From a virus, in the IMG/VR virus record IMGVR_UViG_3300004481_000271, positions 44,942 to 108,941 of that record: DNA of 64,000 nt. The stretch is one strand, 5' to 3'. Under the pieces are notes generated by a model. The model ran no database searches. It saw only the letters and a list, made by a program, of their open reading frames with translations, and was not told the DNA's origin. A program made the position numbers and the translations under genes. Below are positions 28,089-37,175 of this stretch, piece by piece; the stretch's first letter is position 1, and the number at the start of each line of letters is the position of its first letter.

Positions 28089-31000
28089 TCAGGACGCCAG
28101 CGATTCCCGAAGGGCGGTCCCGCCCATGGAGTAGCCGGTGAAGGCGCCTCGCTTGATCGCCTCCCAAACGTCATCGTTCAGGACGCGGGTCCCGAGAAAC
28201 CACGTCCCGACCGGAAAGGTCTCCTCGCCGTGGGTCTCGCGCACCTTCGCGAGGTAGGTCTCGAGCACGACAACACCATCGACCGCAGCCCCGTTGTGCA
28301 TGACCTTGAAGGTGTCACCCCCGAAGTGTTCCATGTAGCTATGAGCCGCCTTCCGAACCTCGTCGGCGGAGTAGATGTCGCCCTGGGCGTCCGGTTCGTT
28401 GGGGACGAGGACGACGCCGAAGACGTAACGCTCCTCGGGCTCGGAGCCGTCCCGCTTCAAGAGGCGGACCGGCCGCTCCGCTCGGACGATCCGCTTCGAC
28501 GTCTCGGTCCGCTCCTCGAGCTCGCCTGGCCGAAGAAGGAGACGGACGTCCTCCGGCTTCATCGGCGCCCCCTCGAGGAGGTCGATCGCCTGGGCGGGAC
28601 CGAACCATCGAATCCGCTTCGGCGGCCCCTCCTCCCAGAGGAGCTCGAAGGTATGCACGAGGATCGTGTCCCCGACATCGGCGTCGAGCTTGCGGTTCCC
28701 GGTCCGACCGACGAGGACGTAGGGTCTTCCCTCGACCTCGACGACCTCCTTCCACTCCTCGATCTCGGAGCTCGAGATCGGCCCGACGGCACCGACGAAG
28801 TTGTAGACCTCCGGTGATCCCTCGACGGCGTTCCGCTCGGCGACGATCGCTCGGACTTCGCGGACGGCCTTGACCTTCGCCCAGAGGTCTTGCTCGCCCC
28901 CGAGGGAGTAGGTCGAAGCGAGTTGCTTCATCATCGCGCCCTCGGAGCCCGGCTCCTTCGTTGCCCAGGCGATCGCCCGGCGAAGCGCCGACCTCGTCTG
29001 CGCGATCCTCCTCGGGGCGAGGATGACTCGCGTCGCCCTCGAGATCTCCGAGTCGCGGAAGAACCGCTCGAGGGCCCGACGGCGTTCGCCCTGGGGCCGA
29101 CCGGCGAGGGAGTCCCCGCCCGAGTAGAGGAGATCGAAGACGACGAAGCGGAGGTCCTCGTCGTCGACGGGCTTGTCGACGCGGAAGCGGGAGAGCTCGC
29201 GGCGCGGAAGGAAGGAACCCTCCTCGTCGACGGCCATGATCTCGCCGTCGAGGATGAAGCTCCCCCCGACCGCCTCGAGCTCGCCGGCGAGCCCGCGGAG
29301 GTTCGGCGCGATGTCCCGCTGGGTGTCTTCGGTGTAGACGAGGACCCCGCCCTCGCGGACGTCCTCGTCGACGTTCGCTTCCCACTTCTCCGCGATCGCG
29401 CGGAAGCCGTTCAGCTTGGGCTCGACCTGGACGCCGGCCCGGACGAGTTGGTCAGTGAAGACCTGGCGAGCCGCTTCGTCCGGGTCGGTGAACTCGTTCG
29501 TCGCCCTGGGCGCCGGCTTCATCGGTTGGAAGAGCGCCGGCGGCCGAAGCTCGAGCCGCTCGCCCCCCTTGTCGTCTCCGTCCTCGACCTCCTTCGGATT
29601 CCAGACCTGGGTCCCGTCCTCCCGGACGCGGTGTCGCTTCGCGATCCCAGCCTCGGAGAGGGACCGCTCCGTCCCGGTCGGGAGCTCCTCGCCCTCGAGC
29701 TCGATCGTGTGCCAGTGGCGAACGTCCCGCCCGGGGACGGTCTGGACCGGGAGGCTCGTCTCGAGCTCGTCCCGGACGCGGTGTCGATGATCCCGACCGG
29801 CGGCCGGTTCGGTGAAGCCCTCGCCGAGGGTCTCGGGGAGGGCGTGGACGTGGCCGTCGCCTCGAGCCTTCTCCTCGGGAACCGCCCTTGCCGGCGTCCC
29901 GCCCGGCGAGAATTGCCAGAGGTCCGAGCCGGCTTCCTCGGCGACGAGGGAGAAGAGCCCCCGGAGCTTCTCGCCCCGGAAGCGGACCCGCTTGAACGTC
30001 CGACCGTCCTCGAGGAGCTCGGCCCGACCGCGGTCGACGAGCTCGACCGCCGAGGCGGTCGCCTTCGTCTCGTTCATCGGGACCCCGCCGACCTTCGCCC
30101 CAGGCGGGACGTCGCCCTCGAAGCCGAGGAGCTCCTTCCCGGCGTCGAGGAGGACGGCGCCGATGACCTCCTCGCCGGAGAGCGGGTCCTTCTGGAGCTG
30201 GAAGTCGTAGACCCCGCCCCCTGGCTTCTCGATCGCGAGGTGCCAGATCTGCCGGCTCGGCGCGGCCCGGATGACGGTCTGGCCCTTCCACCATTGCCAG
30301 GCGAGGGAGAAGTCGACGCGGGCGGCCTGTTTCTCGAGCTCGCCGAGCTCGCCCTCCTCCGGGTCGTAGGCTTCGACGAGGACCTTCCGCTCGACCCGTC
30401 GGAACTCGTTATTTTCGACGACGACGTTCTCCGAGGTGAAGATCCGCTCGGCGACGAGGGCGTCGCGGACCTCCCGGGCCTCCCGCTCGGAGTCGGCCTC
30501 CCAGAAGCGAAACTCCCGCGGCGTGGCTTCCATGAGAGACCGCGGCATCCCGGATTGACCGAGCGGAGGCATGGACCGCGTTCGGACGGACCGGCGGTCG
30601 AGGACGGACGGGAGGACGTCCTTCGCGAAGCCGGTCGTCCAGAAGGTCTCGCTCGGCCCGTGGCCGGCGTCGTCGGGAGCGGGCGCGTCCCCTCCCTGGA
30701 GAAGCCGGAAGGTGAGCCGGCCGGCGAAGTCGGAGCCGGTGAGAAAGTATTCATGGGCGGCCGGCTTCTGAAGCCCCCATTCGACCTTCGGCCTTGCGAC
30801 CTCGACGTAGACCCCCGGCTCGTTCCGCGTCGCCCCGACGTCCCCCGGCTCGACGACGGCGTCGCCGAGCTCGAGCCACTCGATCGGCTGCCTCGACTTC
30901 GGAGTCGCGAAGAGCCTCGCGGGAAGGATCATCGGCTTTGTGTAGCGGGAGCCTTCGACGTTGAAGGCGGCGGCGATCTTCCGCCCATCGGCGACGGTCG

Positions 31001-33143
31001 AGACCTCGGGGACGGCGCCGGCCTTCTGAAGAGCGATCGTCCAGCCGACGAGGTAGTCCGGATCGACCTTCATCCGGAGGTCGGCGTGAAGCGTCCGGCC
31101 GCGGAAGTGAAACTGGAGAACAGCAAGGACCGGCCCCGGCTTCGCCGGCCAGTCGAGCATCGGGTCGTCTTGCTTCGCGACGTCCGCCATCTCCTTCAAG
31201 GCGCGGTCCTCGTGGGGGACGAGAACGAGATCGTAGAGGGCGACGTGGTTCGTATAGGGCCCGCCGGCCGGTTCGTGGAGGAACTGGACCCGCCTCGAGA
31301 GCCGAGGCTCGAGGGCCCGCCCCAGGCGAAACTTGATCGCGTGAAGGGTCTCCTCGTCGAAGGGACCGCGGATCAGGATGTCGATGTCGTTCTCGCTCCG
31401 GCCAGCGGCGCAGATCGAGCCGACGAGGTAGACCGCCGGCATCCGGATCGACATCGGCTTCGAGAGCTGGGCGAGGACCTCCTCGAGCGCGGCGGGGTCG
31501 TCGGCGTTCGCGCGTTCCCCGCTCGGGTGAATCGGCGCCGTCTTCCCCTCCCCGTCGGGGAGGGCCTTCCCAAGGGCGGCGAGCTCGGACTCGGTGATCG
31601 GACGGCCCGGCCCCTCGAGCTCCTCGGTTCCGAATGTCTCGCCGGAAAGGAAGCGGACCGTCTCCTCGGCGAGAGCGTCGACCTCGACGGTCTGGACGCC
31701 TCGACGGCCGAGCTCGGCGAGGAGGAAGGCATGGGCGTTGATGACGTCCTCCCGCGTGACCCCCTCGGCGCGGGTCACGTCGGACTCGGCGAAGGACCGC
31801 TCGAAGATCCGATGAAGTTGACGATCGAGCTCGACGAGCTCGGCCGGTGTCGCCCGCCGGAGCTCGTTCGGAGACGGGTCGGCGATGAAACCGTGAGCCC
31901 CCCGGCGGGCGGCCTGGCGGAGGACCTCGTCGATCGACATCTGTCGGGACTTCACGACGTCCCGGTCGAAGTCGACCGAACTCCCGAAGCGGCGCCCCAG
32001 CGGCGGGCGGCGGAGCTCGAGCGGCGGGTCGAAGATCACGACGACCTCGAGGGGGAGATACCAGAGCCCCGACTCGGTCGAGAACTCCCGGGCGGTGAAG
32101 TCGTCGAGGGACTCCTTCTGCTCGTCGGAGAGATCCGCCATGGTCTCGACCGCGACCGGATCGGCCTGGGCGACGACCGCCCAGACGAGGGACTTCCCGA
32201 CCCCCTGGGGGGCGACCTCGTTCACGAGGGCCTGGGGCTTGCCGATCCGCCCGACCCGGCGACGCCTCGAGAGGAGAGCGGCCGGCTTCCCATCGCGGAG
32301 CCGCTCGACGATGAACCCCGGATCGGGGACTTTCAAGGCGGGGAGAACCCCCTTCGGGGGCTCGGCTTGCCAGACGACGGCGGGAACGGCCCCGGAGAGC
32401 CGGCCGGCGAGAACGGCGACGGCGAGCTCCTCGACAGGTCCGCACTGGGCGATCGACGCGAGGGCGGGGTCGAGGTCGGCGAGCTTCGCGACGTCCTCGG
32501 CCCCGTCGAGGACGTAGGTCACGCGGGCGGCGACCGACCCCAGGGGAGGGCGAGCCGGCGGCGGAGCATTCGTCGCGAGCTCGGAAGCGGGCGGCGCCGG
32601 CGGGGTCTCCCGGAGGTCCGGCGACCCCATGGCTTCCCAGAGCTCCGCCCCGTCGAGGGAGCGGAGGACGAGCTCCCCGAGGGCGAGCTTGTGACCGTGG
32701 GCCCCGTCGAAGGCGGTCGACGTCGCGAGGAGCTCGTGAAGGTGATCGCCCCCCTCGTCGGTGATGAGCTCGACCCCCTCGCCGAGGACGAGGACGTGAC
32801 GATGAACCGACCCGTCCCCGACGGCGACGTCGGCCCCGTTGCTCGTCTCGAGCCCGTGAGCGTGCGGCCCGTCCTCGGAGGTTGCCAGGACGGCGCCGGC
32901 CTCGAGGTGGACCTCGCCCCCTCCGTCTGGGTCGAAGATCGAGATCGGCGCGGGGAGGCGGAAGAGGTGCCGATGAAGCCCGTCGAGCTTCGTCGTCCCG
33001 GTCTCCCGCTCGAGGTTGTGAACGTGAACCCCGGCCTCGGCCGAGCCGGCGGGGAGCCCCTTCGCGAGCTCGGCGCGATTCCCCTCGAGGGTGTCGGCGG
33101 CCTTCGCCAGGGCGGCCTCGAGGCGGTCTTCGATCGTCATCAT
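28089..33143 (-). CDS. Multidomain polyprotein: HxH modules, nucleotidyltransferase, two LigD phosphoesterase-like domains, ATP-dependent DNA ligase, XkdF-like prohead protease
   Basis: YLVGS-x9-DID; QFH-x6-HADLR; EPKLNGFR, LDGEI, FVVFDLL, EGAMMK, WAKVK; C-terminal VFGVVLVP..PDAQGD...VMH...GTW...GAFTGYSMGG; ATG 33143 after GGAGG. Confidence 0.88.
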   Translation of the reverse strand: MMTIEDRLEAALAKAADTLEGNRAELAKGLPAGSAEAGVHVHNLERETGTTKLDGLHRHLFRLPAPISIFDPDGGGEVHLEAGAVLATSEDGPHAHGLETSNGADVAVGDGSVHRHVLVLGEGVELITDEGGDHLHELLATSTAFDGAHGHKLALGELVLRSLDGAELWEAMGSPDLRETPPAPPASELATNAPPPARPPLGSVAARVTYVLDGAEDVAKLADLDPALASIAQCGPVEELAVAVLAGRLSGAVPAVVWQAEPPKGVLPALKVPDPGFIVERLRDGKPAALLSRRRRVGRIGKPQALVNEVAPQGVGKSLVWAVVAQADPVAVETMADLSDEQKESLDDFTAREFSTESGLWYLPLEVVVIFDPPLELRRPPLGRRFGSSVDFDRDVVKSRQMSIDEVLRQAARRGAHGFIADPSPNELRRATPAELVELDRQLHRIFERSFAESDVTRAEGVTREDVINAHAFLLAELGRRGVQTVEVDALAEETVRFLSGETFGTEELEGPGRPITESELAALGKALPDGEGKTAPIHPSGERANADDPAALEEVLAQLSKPMSIRMPAVYLVGSICAAGRSENDIDILIRGPFDEETLHAIKFRLGRALEPRLSRRVQFLHEPAGGPYTNHVALYDLVLVPHEDRALKEMADVAKQDDPMLDWPAKPGPVLAVLQFHFRGRTLHADLRMKVDPDYLVGWTIALQKAGAVPEVSTVADGRKIAAAFNVEGSRYTKPMILPARLFATPKSRQPIEWLELGDAVVEPGDVGATRNEPGVYVEVARPKVEWGLQKPAAHEYFLTGSDFAGRLTFRLLQGGDAPAPDDAGHGPSETFWTTGFAKDVLPSVLDRRSVRTRSMPPLGQSGMPRSLMEATPREFRFWEADSEREAREVRDALVAERIFTSENVVVENNEFRRVERKVLVEAYDPEEGELGELEKQAARVDFSLAWQWWKGQTVIRAAPSRQIWHLAIEKPGGGVYDFQLQKDPLSGEEVIGAVLLDAGKELLGFEGDVPPGAKVGGVPMNETKATASAVELVDRGRAELLEDGRTFKRVRFRGEKLRGLFSLVAEEAGSDLWQFSPGGTPARAVPEEKARGDGHVHALPETLGEGFTEPAAGRDHRHRVRDELETSLPVQTVPGRDVRHWHTIELEGEELPTGTERSLSEAGIAKRHRVREDGTQVWNPKEVEDGDDKGGERLELRPPALFQPMKPAPRATNEFTDPDEAARQVFTDQLVRAGVQVEPKLNGFRAIAEKWEANVDEDVREGGVLVYTEDTQRDIAPNLRGLAGELEAVGGSFILDGEIMAVDEEGSFLPRRELSRFRVDKPVDDEDLRFVVFDLLYSGGDSLAGRPQGERRRALERFFRDSEISRATRVILAPRRIAQTRSALRRAIAWATKEPGSEGAMMKQLASTYSLGGEQDLWAKVKAVREVRAIVAERNAVEGSPEVYNFVGAVGPISSSEIEEWKEVVEVEGRPYVLVGRTGNRKLDADVGDTILVHTFELLWEEGPPKRIRWFGPAQAIDLLEGAPMKPEDVRLLLRPGELEERTETSKRIVRAERPVRLLKRDGSEPEERYVFGVVLVPNEPDAQGDIYSADEVRKAAHSYMEHFGGDTFKVMHNGAAVDGVVVLETYLAKVRETHGEETFPVGTWFLGTRVLNDDVWEAIKRGAFTGYSMGGTALRESLAS

Positions 33144-33144
33144 G

Positions 33145-33477
33145 TCAGCCCTCCGCGGTCCAGCCTCGTTCGGCGGGCGGAGGTTCCCAGGACTCCCCGT
33201 CGAGCTCCGCGCGGACAGCCCTCGGAAGGAGGTCGAGGGCCTTCGTCGACGAGTAGCCCGCCTCGGTCCGAAGCCGGATGAACCAATCATAGGCGAGATC
33301 CGTCCGGCGTTTCACTTCGGCATCCGTCGGCGAGACCCCTCGGAGGAGCACGATCGCAGAACGGCGGCGGTCCTCCTCGAAGGTCTCGGCGACGACCCGG
33401 GTGATCCGGGTGACGATCTGCCGGACCCGCTCCGGGTCACCGTTCGCGAGCTCGCGGAGGACGTCGGTCTTCTCCAT
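33145..33477 (-). CDS. Hypothetical helical protein in head operon
   Basis: SD, tight spacing with neighbours. Confidence 0.7.
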   Translation of the reverse strand: MEKTDVLRELANGDPERVRQIVTRITRVVAETFEEDRRRSAIVLLRGVSPTDAEVKRRTDLAYDWFIRLRTEAGYSSTKALDLLPRAVRAELDGESWEPPPAERGWTAEG

Positions 33478-33492
33478 GGTTCCTTCCCCTTC

Positions 33493-34782
33493 TCAGACCG
33501 GGATCGTCGTGCATCGGCAAAGCCCGTGAGCGGGCGGGACCATGGTTCCGCCGGCCTCGCGAACGGACGTCAGCTCCCGGAAGGTGCCCCTCTCGTCGTT
33601 TCGTCCGGCGGCAGATTCGCGCACGACAGCGACCGGAGTCGTCGGCCCCTCTCCTCGAGGCGAGACGTAGATCGTCCCGCCGACCCGAAGACCCTCGGGC
33701 GACGTCGTCCCGCCGACGACCCGATACCACGGGAACTCGTTCACCCCGGCCTCTGGGTCCGGGTTCGCGGACGCTCGAGCGTAGCGGGCGAGCTGGGGCT
33801 CGACGGCGAAGACCTGGCCATGAAGGAACTGGCAGATCTGGCAAGTCCGGCCGTCGAGGAACGCCTCCCATTGGTAGTATTGGAAGCCCGCCTCGCGGTA
33901 GCCGGAGAGGGAGCCGAAGCTCCTCGACCGGGAGGTCGTCGCGGAGGCGACGACCCGGTAATACCACTCGGAGCGGCCGGAGACTCGGTCGCGGAGGGCG
34001 GCGGTCAAGTCGCGTCCGATGTCGACCCGCCCGAGCCCCTCGCGAACCCCGCTCGAAATGATCGCCCGAGCGTCGCGGGACCACATGGCGCCCCGGTGTC
34101 GATATTCGTTCGTGACGAACGTCAGTCCGTCCCGACCGATCCGGCGGGCGATCGCCTCGGCGCCGGCGGAGAGGGTCCGCGAGACCCCTGGACCGCCGGC
34201 AACGAGGGAGGCGGCGCCGGTCGCCATGGCGGCGGCCTCGAGGGTTGCAGTCGCCTCGGCGACGTAGGCTGCATCGGACGGGATCTCGGCGACAAGCTCG
34301 GCGACCCCGTCGATCGCTTCGTTGAGCTCGGCGGCCGACATCGCCGGCCAAGGGCGCCGGCCGAGGGTTGCGAGAGCTTGTCGGACCGCCTCCCGCTCCG
34401 CCGGCGTCGCGACGGAAACAAGCCCTTGTTGGAGCTGCTCGACGGCAACGGCGAACCCCGTCCGCGTGAGAGGGTTCGGCGGCGCCTTCGCGACGGCGAT
34501 CCGGTCGACGGCGATCGGCCAGAGCCAGGCGCCCGAGCGGGTCTGGATCACGCCTTGGAGGACGAAGGCGACCCCATCGCCGGCCTTGGCGAGCTCGCGA
34601 GCTCGCTTCTCGACCGCCTCGGCGGAGAGCTCGCGGACGAGCTCGCCCAGGTAGGGCGAGAAGGCGGCAAGGGCGAGGTGAGACGCGCACCCCAGGGGAC
34701 CGGGAGGGTCGGCGAAGAGGACGTCCCTCGAGCTCGCCACCGTCCGCCACGGCGGACCGTAGACGGCGAGCTCCTCGGTCAC
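33493..34782 (-). CDS. Head morphogenesis protein (MuF / SPP1 gp7-like)
   Basis: QWEAFLDGRTCQICQFLHG and PPAHGLCRCT motifs; GTG 34782 overlaps upstream stop. Confidence 0.9.
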   Translation of the reverse strand: MTEELAVYGPPWRTVASSRDVLFADPPGPLGCASHLALAAFSPYLGELVRELSAEAVEKRARELAKAGDGVAFVLQGVIQTRSGAWLWPIAVDRIAVAKAPPNPLTRTGFAVAVEQLQQGLVSVATPAEREAVRQALATLGRRPWPAMSAAELNEAIDGVAELVAEIPSDAAYVAEATATLEAAAMATGAASLVAGGPGVSRTLSAGAEAIARRIGRDGLTFVTNEYRHRGAMWSRDARAIISSGVREGLGRVDIGRDLTAALRDRVSGRSEWYYRVVASATTSRSRSFGSLSGYREAGFQYYQWEAFLDGRTCQICQFLHGQVFAVEPQLARYARASANPDPEAGVNEFPWYRVVGGTTSPEGLRVGGTIYVSPRGEGPTTPVAVVRESAAGRNDERGTFRELTSVREAGGTMVPPAHGLCRCTTIPV

Positions 34783-35234
34783 CGTGCCCGCTCCCCGGCC
34801 CACTTCCCGCCGGTCGTCCGGACGATCGCAACGTCCGCGCCGGCAAGGGCGAGGGCGGTCACGCGAAAGGCGACGTCGTGTCCCTCGGTCGCGACCTCGT
34901 AGATCGCCCCGGAGCCGAGAGCCCCTGTCGAGGCGAGCTCCCGCCACTTCCGGCCCCCGGCGTTGTTCGGATAGGGCGTCGCGACGAGCGGGGTGATCGT
35001 GACCGTCCCGCCAGCGTGCGGCGCCCCCGCCGTCGTCTCGAAGTCGACGACGAGCCGAACCGTGTCCCATTCCCTCGCGTCGAGCGTGACGTCGTCGGCG
35101 ACGACCCCGGCGGTGATCTCGCCGGCGGAGAGGTTGTCCGGTGTCCAGGCGGCGGCGTCTTGGATTCCGAGATCATCGCGGACGACGACCGTCGCGTCCT
35201 GGGAGTAGAGCCTTCGCTTCGTCGGGCCTGTCAT
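34779..35234 (-). CDS. Hypothetical beta-rich protein
   Basis: Abuts portal stop and overlaps MuF start. Confidence 0.7.
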   Translation of the reverse strand: MTGPTKRRLYSQDATVVVRDDLGIQDAAAWTPDNLSAGEITAGVVADDVTLDAREWDTVRLVVDFETTAGAPHAGGTVTITPLVATPYPNNAGGRKWRELASTGALGSGAIYEVATEGHDVAFRVTALALAGADVAIVRTTGGKWAGERAR

Positions 35235-37136
35235 CTATTCCTCCTCGAGGAGGTCCGCCCCGTGAAGCCCCGCCGCTTCGTCGAGGGCGGCCCGTGCCGC
35301 TCGAGCGGCGGCGTCGGGGACCTCTCCCGCGGCCTCCTCGAGGGCGTTGTTACGGGCGGCCTGGGCGGCGCCAGCGGCGGAGAGGGAGCGGAGCTCTTCC
35401 TCGACCCCTGGACGCCAGTCGGTCCCCTTGTCGGAGCTCGAGCTCGCCCCCTTCGTCTCGTCCTCCGGAGGGCGGAAGCCGGCGAGCGTGAGCTGGATCG
35501 GTTGCTTCGCCCAGGGGACGTCGAGGGAGTCGAGGTCCATCCCGATCACGTCGGAGGAGAGCTCTCTCGCTTCGTTCGGGGTCACGACCCCGACCTTTGC
35601 CAGGTCGACGATGATCGCGGCGACCTTCTCCGGGTCCCTCGTCGAGGGCCCAAGGCTCCGGTAGGTCCAGAGGGTGATCCCGAGAGCGGGGAGGATCGTC
35701 CGGTTGAACCAAGCATCGAACTCCCGCCGCTCCGGCTCGAAGATCTGCTCGTCGGCGAAGCGAAGGGAAGCGTCGGCAGTCGCCCGGTTGAAGTCGCGGA
35801 CGTCCCCGCGAAGAAGTCGCGGCAGGCGAAAGGAGCTCCCGATCTTGTCGATGTTCCGCTCGTCGTAGGCTTGGAAGAGGGCGTCCCCTTGCTGGACGTC
35901 GACGAGCTTCTCGAACTTGAGAGTCGGAATCTCCCTCGGTGACAGCGGGTCAGCGTCCGCGTCGTCGGCCTCGATCACGAGGATCGAATGGAAGTTGCCG
36001 CGCCCCTTGATGTTGTCGCGGAGGTAGGTCTGGATCTGGTCGACCGAATCGGAGGAGAGCCTCCCGCCGGAGACGAGAAGGGCGAGCGGAGGAACCGCCT
36101 TGTTGTCGAAGTAGGTGTAATTGACCTCGTCGGCAGCCCTCGAGCCGAGGACGGAGAGGAGATTCCCGATCCATCGCGGGACCCCGTAAGCCTCCCCCGT
36201 CCGATGGATCCGAAAGTGAACGAGCTCCGTCGCCGGAGCTTCATCGTTCCGGCCAAGGGTTGCAGCCTTGAAGGCGGCGAGGGTCGGATAGACCTCTCCG
36301 GTCTTCTGGGAAACGACTCTGGGGTCGCCGAACTCCTTGAACCAAACGAGCTTCCGCCCGACGGCCTGGACGTAGCGGCGGAAGAAGCGAGGTTGACGAA
36401 CGACCTCGAAGCCGAGCCCGACCTGGACCTTCTCCTCGACGAGGACCGGCTCCTCGTCGATCGGTGTGCAACGGACGTGCGTCGGTGGAACGACAACGAA
36501 GCGGGCGAGCCGGCCGGCCCGATCGCGAAGGACCTCCCAGTAGGCGTTGCCGCAGATCTCCCGGTCCTGGCGGGTCTGTCGCTTCAAGGTGTCGAAGGAC
36601 CCCGTCGGGGAGACCGCGTCGAGGAAGGCAGAGAGCTTCGCCTTCTCGATCCGTTGGAGGCTCTTCAGTTGCTCGAGCTTCTTCTCGACCTCCTCGTCCG
36701 ACGGCATGAGGGCGAGTGGGTCGAGGGCGAGCTCGCCCTCCGCCGGCGGAGCCCCCTCTTCCCCAAGACGGGAAGTCGCGTCGGCGAGCCTCGCCTCGGC
36801 GCGACGGAACCGCTCGACCCAGATCGCATCGCGGACCTTCTCGAAGGAGTCGTCGGCGTTCAGGTCGATTCGGGGAGCGAACCGGTAGCCGAGCCCGTCG
36901 ATGTTCGTAACGTAGGCGGCGACGTTCTGGTTTAGAGCGGAGCTGTTCTCCCAGAGTCGGAAGAGCGTCCCGGGGTCGTAGCTCGGCTCGACGACCCCGG
37001 AGCCGCTGAAGAGCGCCCCGAGTTGCTCGTCCTCGGTGCCCTGGATCGATCGCGGGATGACGAGGTCGGAACCGAGGACCTCGGCTTTCAACGTGCGCCG
37101 GCGTCCGCTCCTCTTCGTCTCGCGATCGTCCGCCAT
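35235..37136 (-). CDS. Portal protein, PBSX family
   Basis: GNAYWEVLRD, ELVHF, YGVPRW, YFDNKAVP, FRLP..L.G...FNRATA, TPNEAR. Confidence 0.95.
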   Translation of the reverse strand: MADDRETKRSGRRRTLKAEVLGSDLVIPRSIQGTEDEQLGALFSGSGVVEPSYDPGTLFRLWENSSALNQNVAAYVTNIDGLGYRFAPRIDLNADDSFEKVRDAIWVERFRRAEARLADATSRLGEEGAPPAEGELALDPLALMPSDEEVEKKLEQLKSLQRIEKAKLSAFLDAVSPTGSFDTLKRQTRQDREICGNAYWEVLRDRAGRLARFVVVPPTHVRCTPIDEEPVLVEEKVQVGLGFEVVRQPRFFRRYVQAVGRKLVWFKEFGDPRVVSQKTGEVYPTLAAFKAATLGRNDEAPATELVHFRIHRTGEAYGVPRWIGNLLSVLGSRAADEVNYTYFDNKAVPPLALLVSGGRLSSDSVDQIQTYLRDNIKGRGNFHSILVIEADDADADPLSPREIPTLKFEKLVDVQQGDALFQAYDERNIDKIGSSFRLPRLLRGDVRDFNRATADASLRFADEQIFEPERREFDAWFNRTILPALGITLWTYRSLGPSTRDPEKVAAIIVDLAKVGVVTPNEARELSSDVIGMDLDSLDVPWAKQPIQLTLAGFRPPEDETKGASSSSDKGTDWRPGVEEELRSLSAAGAAQAARNNALEEAAGEVPDAAARAARAALDEAAGLHGADLLEEE

Positions 37137-37175
37137 GCGCGAAGGCTACCACGACGGGAGGGACGGAGGCGAGCC

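Noticed and set aside
28062-28167. Programmed -1 frameshift fusing polyprotein and scaffold
   Set aside because: Frames overlap suitably, but no in-phase slippery heptamer was found and the downstream ORF has its own TATAGT box and GTG start
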